Program-made: the position numbers and the translations under genes
Source of the DNA: Ignavibacteria bacterium
Lineage (GTDB): Bacteria; Bacteroidota; Ignavibacteria; Ignavibacteriales; Ignavibacteriaceae
NCBI GenBank assembly: GCA_011052365.1
Contig: DRJC01000200.1
Span: forward strand, 1 to 59,156
Direction: 5' to 3'
Length of the DNA stretch: 59,156 nt
In this document: positions 54,301 to 59,156 of the stretch, piece by piece
How the letters are laid out: each line of letters begins with the position of its first letter
How positions within the stretch are numbered: the stretch's first letter is position 1
Notes under the pieces: model-generated
The model's input: the letters and a program-made list of their open reading frames with translations, nothing else
What the model was told of the DNA's origin: nothing
The model's database searches: none

Positions 54301-54696
54301 AAAAAGAGAGGTAAAGTAAAAAGTAGCGATATCCCTAAAATATTAGTTGTTGAAGATAATCATGACAATATGATAGTTATAGAAGCTCTTCTAAAAAATA
54401 AATGTAAGCTTTTGAAAGCTTTTGATGGGAAATCCGGGTTAGAACTTGGTAAACTAAAGAAACCTGATTTAATATTAATGGATATTACATTACCTAAAAT
54501 AGGTGGAATAACTGTAATGAAAAAGTTAAAAAGTGATCCGGCAACCAGCAACATCCCTATTATTGCTTTAACTGCTCACGCAATGACAGGTGACAAAGAG
54601 AAATTTTTGTCTGCCGGATTTGATGATTATATAAAAAAGCCTATTGATGCTGATGATTTTATTGATCATATAAATAAATGGGTAAATGTTTCTTGA
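51313..54696 (+). CDS. Hybrid sensor histidine kinase: TM - periplasmic Cache-like domain - TM - HAMP - GAF-like - E/Q-heptad coiled coil - HisKA - HATPase - REC - REC
   Basis: Two TM helices flank ~270 aa. HAMP (STPIVKLSSHANNIAKGNFD). H-box FLTNMSHELRTPLNSV. G2 GTGLGLTIS. Two receivers (ILLVEDNDV...LDIMMPGIDG; ILVVEDNHDN...MDITLPKIGG). TAGGAG SD. Confidence 0.92.
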   Translation: MKKFAFKSIKTRLTFWFLCVALIPLSIILVITYTQRAKAIEIRTFEKLTAIRDLKVKQLESWIDERIGDMKTASSNYSLSNLEDIINKNYLNKNDIKILNNDRQILIRYLENYLSYDEFFIINPLNGEIIISTNTSSEGEDKSNNTYFLKPMQSQELFIKDIYYSKEKSKVTMTFSIPIFSTKYNDNHIIGILVARIDLEHSLFNLLRDRVGLGKTGETLIVNKNVMALNELRWYENAPLNLKINAQPAVSAVNGETGIKISTDYRNVKVLTAYTYIPETGWGFVSKQDLYELNAPMRKTISDFFILFLVTALLIYIVTFFISKTISTPIVKLSSHANNIAKGNFDSKIDIQTFDETATLTNSINSMTSSLTQNIIVSNSQNILYSALVEENEITDFAKSLLLELMDFSNSEVAAYFKLNDAGTKFYKLISFGLEEEGNNSFDVRNYEGEFGKVLAEKKVILQQDIPDDTRFLYKTVAGNIIPKNILIIPLIADNEIDSLVVLGSLNKYSDSFITIVKETTPFVNSALGRILEIIKVRHFTKELENANINLQEKSEELQVQAEELQSQSEELNEQNTELEAQKKLVEESSRLKSQFLTNMSHELRTPLNSVIALSRVLVDQTKDKLSDEEINYLRVIDRNGKNLLNLINDILDLSKIESGKLDFYFEDTNLYEILNLAVDNLEPLSAEKKIELVKKIPSDITHIQTDQKRFLQVIENIVGNAIKFTDKGSVTVTARNDNENLYVEVIDTGIGISKTDIQHIFDEFIQADGSSTKQFEGTGLGLTISYKLIKELGGNLEVESKLGKGSKFTIIHPIKLSDNIRNFKSRQSIDNGTQLNSKISYEKADLNINLTGKRILLVEDNDVAIIQIKNLLEDEGLIIDSVVNVKEALKYIKNTVPDGFILDIMMPGIDGIEFLQKIRTFAFTKTIPVIMLTAKDLTHKELATIKGNNVYQLIYKGDINKKELVSLVKGMLKISTKNSGTKDKEKTVSLISPKAKKRGKVKSSDIPKILVVEDNHDNMIVIEALLKNKCKLLKAFDGKSGLELGKLKKPDLILMDITLPKIGGITVMKKLKSDPATSNIPIIALTAHAMTGDKEKFLSAGFDDYIKKPIDADDFIDHINKWVNVS

Positions 54697-54724
54697 AATT
54701 TATTAAATACATAAGTCCGTGTAG

Positions 54725-55888
54725 AATAAAGGGAATATGTTATGTCTAAAATATTATTGATTGATGACAATGCAGATAATTTAATTTCACTATCTGCAAC
54801 ATTAAAAGATCTCATCCACACATCTACTATTTTAACTGCCAAATCCGGCCCGGAGGGACTGAAGATTGCCTCGGCGGAAATGCCGGATGTTATAATTTTA
54901 GACATTCGTATGCCTGGAATGGACGGCTACGAAGTGCTCGGGTTACTTAAGGCTAATGTAAAAACTAAAGTTATCCCCGTGATACTTTTAACGGCAAACT
55001 ATACAGACATTAAAAGCAAGGTGCGGGGATTAGAAGCAGGTGCAGATGCTTTCCTATCAAAGCCAATAGATAAAAACGAGCTTATTGCACAGGTTAAAGT
55101 GATGCAAAGGATAAAAAAAGCAGAAGATATTTTGCGAAAAGATAATATATTATTAGAGACTGTTGCAAAAAATTCTTCTATGAAATTTGATTTTACTCAA
55201 AGAAAATATCAGAATGTTTTTGATAACAACATTGCCGGTATTCTTGAAACAACATTCGACGGTGAAATAATTAATTGCAATACAGCACTTGCAAAAATGT
55301 TTGGTTTTAAAAATATTGAGGAAGTTTTTGAGCACAAAACGATTCCTTTTTACAAGCACATTTCCGATAGAGAAAAGATTATTTCGTCTTTAAAAAAGGA
55401 TAATGAACTAATAAATTATGAAGTTGAGCTTGTTGACAAAAACGGCAAAACAGTAGACGCTTTAATAAGGTGCTTCAATATTAATAATCAATCTGTTTTA
55501 TCTTTTCTAATTGATATTACTGATATAAAAAGGCTACAAGAGCAACAACACCAATACGAACATATTGTATCCAGTTCCACTGATATGATAGCGCTTCTCG
55601 ATAAAAATTTTACATACCTTGCCTCTAACTCCGCATATCTTGAAGCATTTGGTAAAACTTCAGAAGAACTAATTGGAGCTACCTTGGAAGATGTGTTTGG
55701 TAAGGAGATATTTGACACAGTGATAAAACCAAATGCATTGCGTTGTTTATCCGGCGAAGTAATTAATTATCAAGAGTGGTTTAATTTTCCAATTAGAGGA
55801 AAGTCTTATATGGATGTTGGTTACTTCCCATATAAAGACAAAAAGAATAAGATTAAAGGTTTTGTTGTAAATGCACGAGATATTACAG
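54725..55888 (+). repeat. Copy A of a ~1.16 kb tandem segmental duplication (RBS + REC + first two PAS modules)
   Basis: Collinear with 57889-59052 at a constant offset of 3164 nt, no indels noticed. About 90% or more identity by eye, highest over the REC domain. Confidence 0.85.
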
Positions 55889-57813
55889 AACATAAAAAAA
55901 CTGAAGATGCTCTTAAAGAAAGTGAACAACATTATAGGGATTTATTTAATAACATAAACGACTTGATATGTATTCATGATTTAGAAGGTAAAATCTTGTC
56001 TATGAATCCTGCAGCAGAAAGAGATATCGGCTATAAAATAAGCGAAGTATTAAACAGAAATCTAAGTGAGTTATTAGCCCCTGAAGTAAGAAGTCAATTT
56101 AATGATTACCTTATAAAAATAAAAAAGGAAGGCAAAGCTAAAGGCTTAATGCTCATTCAGACGCGCACGGGTGAAAAAAGAATTTGGGAATATGATAACT
56201 CTATTGTAAAAACGGAAGGTAAAGGACAATTTATCAGTGGTGTAGCTAGGGATGTGACGGATGTAAAAGAAGCAGAAAAAGCAATGCAAGAAAGCGAAGA
56301 GCGGTACCGCTCCCTATTTGAAGATAGTCTAACCGGTGTTTATTTATCATCATTTGATGGCGAATTGTTGGACTGTAATGACGCTTTCATAAAAATGTTT
56401 GGCTATGTTTCTAAAGAAGAACTTAAAAGAGTGCCGACTAATCAATATTATGAAAATAAAAATGATAGGAATATTTTCTTAAAAGAGATAAAAGAGAAAG
56501 GGGCTTTGGTGAACTATGTAGAAAAATTGAAAAGGAAAGACGGCTCTTTTATATGGACACTTCAGAATGTTCGTCAGCTTAATAATAGGATACAAGGCAC
56601 CGTAGTAGATATATCTGCAGATATAGAATCCAGGAATGCACTGATTGAAGCAAAAGAAAAAGCAGAAGAAGCAAATAAGTTAAAATCAAACTTCCTTGCA
56701 AATATGTCTCACGAGCTGAGAACACCCATGGTCGGTATTATAGGATTTATAGAAATCTTAGAGGAAGAAATAGAAAAACCGGACTTAAAAGAATATGCAT
56801 CCTTTATCCACGAAGCCGGCAACAGGTTGATGGAGACATTAAACTTAATATTAAACCTTACAAAAATTGAAGCTGAAAAAATAAACATTGAACTATCAAG
56901 AATTGATATTATCCGGAATATAAAAAAAATAATGTCAATATTTGATAAAATGGCTGATAGAAAGAATATATATTTAAGATTTGAAAGTGATATTAAAAAA
57001 TTTGAAACTGAAACAGATGAAAAAATGTTTAACCAAATAATTAGCAACTTGGTAAACAATGCCGTTAAATATACGGACAAAGGCGGAGTAGCGGTTTCTG
57101 TTAATAAAATTAAAAACGATACTTATTTAGAAATAAAGGTGAAAGATACCGGTATTGGTATTCCAAAAGATAAGCAAGAATTAATTTGGGAAGATTTTAG
57201 ACAAGTAAGTGAAGGCGAGACAAGAATATATGAAGGTACCGGTTTGGGATTAACAATAACAAATAATTTTGTTCATAAACTTGACGGGAATATAAAATTA
57301 GAAAGTGAACTTGGTAAAGGTTCGACTTTTACTTTACTGCTCCCTATCCGAACAAAATCTATTTCAGTTAAAACCAAAGAGCCGGCTTTTGATTTTAACA
57401 AAACAACCGATACACCAAAAATAAAAGACACACAAGAAAAACTAAAAACCCTGCTTTATGTTGAAGACGATAAGATATCCTTAGAAGTAATCCCACTCTT
57501 TCTAAAGGGTTGTTACAATGTTGAATGTGTAAAAAAAGGTGAAGCTGGAATTGAAAAAGCCAAAAAGAAAATATACGACGGTATACTGATGGATATTAAC
57601 CTGCATACCAGAATGGATGGCGTTCAAGCAGCTGAAAAGATTAAAGAAATGGAAGAGTATAAGGAAGTACCAATAATCGCTGTAACCGCATACGCTATGG
57701 TTGGAGACAGAGATAAATTTTTAGAAACCGGATTTACAAATTACATATCAAAACCGTTTTCAAAAAATGATATTATTGAATTGTTGAATAAAACAATAAA
57801 GGAAAAGAATTAA
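54742..57813 (+). CDS. Hybrid histidine kinase: REC - 4x PAS - HisKA - HATPase - REC
   Basis: N-terminal REC (ILLIDDNADN...LDIRMPGMDG). Repeated PAS modules (…NARDITEHKK, …ARDVTDVKE). H-box FLANMSHELRTPM. GTGLGLTIT. C-terminal REC (LLYVEDDK...MDINLHTRMDG). Confidence 0.92.
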   Translation: MSKILLIDDNADNLISLSATLKDLIHTSTILTAKSGPEGLKIASAEMPDVIILDIRMPGMDGYEVLGLLKANVKTKVIPVILLTANYTDIKSKVRGLEAGADAFLSKPIDKNELIAQVKVMQRIKKAEDILRKDNILLETVAKNSSMKFDFTQRKYQNVFDNNIAGILETTFDGEIINCNTALAKMFGFKNIEEVFEHKTIPFYKHISDREKIISSLKKDNELINYEVELVDKNGKTVDALIRCFNINNQSVLSFLIDITDIKRLQEQQHQYEHIVSSSTDMIALLDKNFTYLASNSAYLEAFGKTSEELIGATLEDVFGKEIFDTVIKPNALRCLSGEVINYQEWFNFPIRGKSYMDVGYFPYKDKKNKIKGFVVNARDITEHKKTEDALKESEQHYRDLFNNINDLICIHDLEGKILSMNPAAERDIGYKISEVLNRNLSELLAPEVRSQFNDYLIKIKKEGKAKGLMLIQTRTGEKRIWEYDNSIVKTEGKGQFISGVARDVTDVKEAEKAMQESEERYRSLFEDSLTGVYLSSFDGELLDCNDAFIKMFGYVSKEELKRVPTNQYYENKNDRNIFLKEIKEKGALVNYVEKLKRKDGSFIWTLQNVRQLNNRIQGTVVDISADIESRNALIEAKEKAEEANKLKSNFLANMSHELRTPMVGIIGFIEILEEEIEKPDLKEYASFIHEAGNRLMETLNLILNLTKIEAEKINIELSRIDIIRNIKKIMSIFDKMADRKNIYLRFESDIKKFETETDEKMFNQIISNLVNNAVKYTDKGGVAVSVNKIKNDTYLEIKVKDTGIGIPKDKQELIWEDFRQVSEGETRIYEGTGLGLTITNNFVHKLDGNIKLESELGKGSTFTLLLPIRTKSISVKTKEPAFDFNKTTDTPKIKDTQEKLKTLLYVEDDKISLEVIPLFLKGCYNVECVKKGEAGIEKAKKKIYDGILMDINLHTRMDGVQAAEKIKEMEEYKEVPIIAVTAYAMVGDRDKFLETGFTNYISKPFSKNDIIELLNKTIKEKN

Positions 57814-57837
57814 AACCACCGGAACATTTACACTGTC

Positions 57838-57882
57838 ATTGCGAAAGAACAGAGCTACTGAAGCAATCTGTCTTTGTTTTTT
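57838..57882 (+). terminator. Weak hairpin plus T-rich tail after the second kinase
   Basis: ATTGC...CAG-agcta-CTG...GCAAT followed by CTGTCTTTGTTTTTTA. Confidence 0.3.
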
Positions 57883-57888
57883 ATTTGA

Positions 57889-59052
57889 AATAATGGAAAT
57901 ATGTTATGTCTAAAATATTACTAATTGATGATAATGCTGATAATTTAACTTCTCTATCTGCAACTTTAAAAGATCTCATCCACACATCTACTATTTTAAC
58001 TGCCAAATCCGGCCCGGAGGGACTGAAGATTGCCTCACTGGAAATGCCGGATGTTATTATTTTAGATATTCGTATGCCTGGGATGGACGGCTACGAAGTA
58101 CTCGGGTTACTTAAAGCTAATGTGAAAACTAAAGTTATACCCGTGATACTTTTAACGGCAAACTACACAGACATCCAAAGCAAGGTGCGGGGATTAGAAG
58201 CCGGTGCAGATGCTTTCCTTTCAAAACCTATAGACAAAAACGAACTTATTGCACAGGTTAAAGTGATGCAGAGAATAAAAAAAGCAGAAGATATGTTACG
58301 AAATGAAAATATATTATTAGAGTCCGTTGCGAAAGATGCTTCTATGAAATTTGATTTTAGCCAAAAGAAATATCAAAATGTTTTTGATAACAATATTGTC
58401 GGTATAGTTGAAACGACATTTGACGGTAAAATAATTAATTGCAATACTGCACTTGCAAAAATGTTTGGTTTTAAAAATATTGAAGAAGTTTTAGAACACA
58501 AAACAATCCCCTTTTACAAGCACATTTCCGATAGGGAAAAGATCATTTCGTTTATAAAAAAGAATAATGAACTGATAAATTATGAAATTGAGCTTGTTGA
58601 CAAAAACGGCAAAACAATAAATACTTTAATAAGGTGCTTTAATATTAATAATCAATCTATTTTATCTTTTCTAATTGATATTACTGATATAAAAAGACTA
58701 CAAGAGAAACAACACCAATATGAACATATTGTATCCAGTTCAACTGACATAATGGCGCTTCTCGATAAAAATTTCACATACCTTGCTTCTAATACTGCAC
58801 ATCTTGAAGCGTTAGGTAAAACCTCAGAAGAAATAATAGGACATACCGTAGAAGAATTATTTGGAAAAGAATTTTTTGAAGAAGTAATAAAACCATATGC
58901 TTTGCGTTGTTTATCCGGGGAAGTAATTAATTATCAAGAGTGGATGGATTTGCCAATTAGAGGGAGGTGTTATTGGGATGTTAGTTATTTTCCGTATAAA
59001 GACAAACAGAACAAAATTAAAGGTTTTGTTGTAAATGCACGAGATATTACAG
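57889..59052 (+). repeat. Copy B of the ~1.16 kb tandem segmental duplication
   Basis: See copy A. Similarity stops abruptly after ...AATGCACGAGATATTACAG (55888 / 59052). Confidence 0.85.
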
Positions 59053-59156
59053 TACGCAAGCAGGCGGAAGAAAAACTATTGAAGAGCGAATATTTTTTAA
59101 GTGAAGCACAAAGGATTGCCCATATAGGTTCTTATGAACTTGATGTTGCTACCGGA
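57906..59156 (+). CDS. Paralogous REC-PAS hybrid histidine kinase; 3' end lies outside the window (absent from the ORF track)
   Basis: ATG at 57906 opens a frame of 417 codons with no stop up to the window end. The product MSKILLIDDNADNLTSLSATLKD... is near-identical to the 54742 product for ~382 codons. Confidence 0.9.
   Translation, partial: MSKILLIDDNADNLTSLSATLKDLIHTSTILTAKSGPEGLKIASLEMPDVIILDIRMPGMDGYEVLGLLKANVKTKVIPVILLTANYTDIQSKVRGLEAGADAFLSKPIDKNELIAQVKVMQRIKKAEDMLRNENILLESVAKDASMKFDFSQKKYQNVFDNNIVGIVETTFDGKIINCNTALAKMFGFKNIEEVLEHKTIPFYKHISDREKIISFIKKNNELINYEIELVDKNGKTINTLIRCFNINNQSILSFLIDITDIKRLQEKQHQYEHIVSSSTDIMALLDKNFTYLASNTAHLEALGKTSEEIIGHTVEELFGKEFFEEVIKPYALRCLSGEVINYQEWMDLPIRGRCYWDVSYFPYKDKQNKIKGFVVNARDITVRKQAEEKLLKSEYFLSEAQRIAHIGSYELDVATG

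Noticed and set aside
57838-57867. The sequence GTCATTGCGAAAGAAC...GAAGCAATC, which reminded me of a dispersed short palindromic element seen in some Bacteroidetes-type genomes.
   Set aside because: - There is a single copy in this window and I cannot verify the resemblance.
- It is reported only as a weak terminator-like hairpin.

Overview
AT-rich 59 kb chromosomal segment that is mostly tightly packed housekeeping genes. Gene content suggests an FCB-group bacterium, possibly Ignavibacteria/Chlorobi-like, but this is a low-confidence guess from reading the proteins and no search was run. The clues are rny, tatC, a thrS-infC-rpmI-rplT-pheS-pheT block, a histone H1-like protein, glgA next to a DUF4270-like lipoprotein, and many lipobox and OMP proteins.

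I saw no transposases, integrases, phage genes, CRISPR arrays or recognisable defence genes.

Two regions look accessory and system-like:

1. nt ~790-8260: a sigma-54 two-component pair sits upstream of two paralogous cytochrome/outer-membrane-barrel modules. One module encodes a Cyc2-like fused monoheme cytochrome-porin. The other looks like a split version: a heme-less barrel plus a separate small lipoprotein cytochrome. Both modules are preceded by the same promoter architecture: a shared 12-mer ~105 bp upstream of a TGGCA-N6-TTG element, with the ATG 70 nt downstream.

2. nt ~48990-59156: an orphan CheR methyltransferase and a membrane-anchored periplasmic-binding-protein-like protein are followed by three large hybrid histidine kinases. 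The first kinase carries four perfect xEELxxQ heptads just before its H-box. The last two kinases are a recent tandem duplication.

Other points:
- a ~200 nt rod-like structured RNA (6S-like) between zapA and rny
- a repeat- and hairpin-rich 590 bp intergenic region
- a non-AUG (ATC) infC start
- a cadC-like/P1B-2 ATPase operon with a candidate operator
- two tRNAs

All percent identities and structural statements are by-eye estimates from the sequence.
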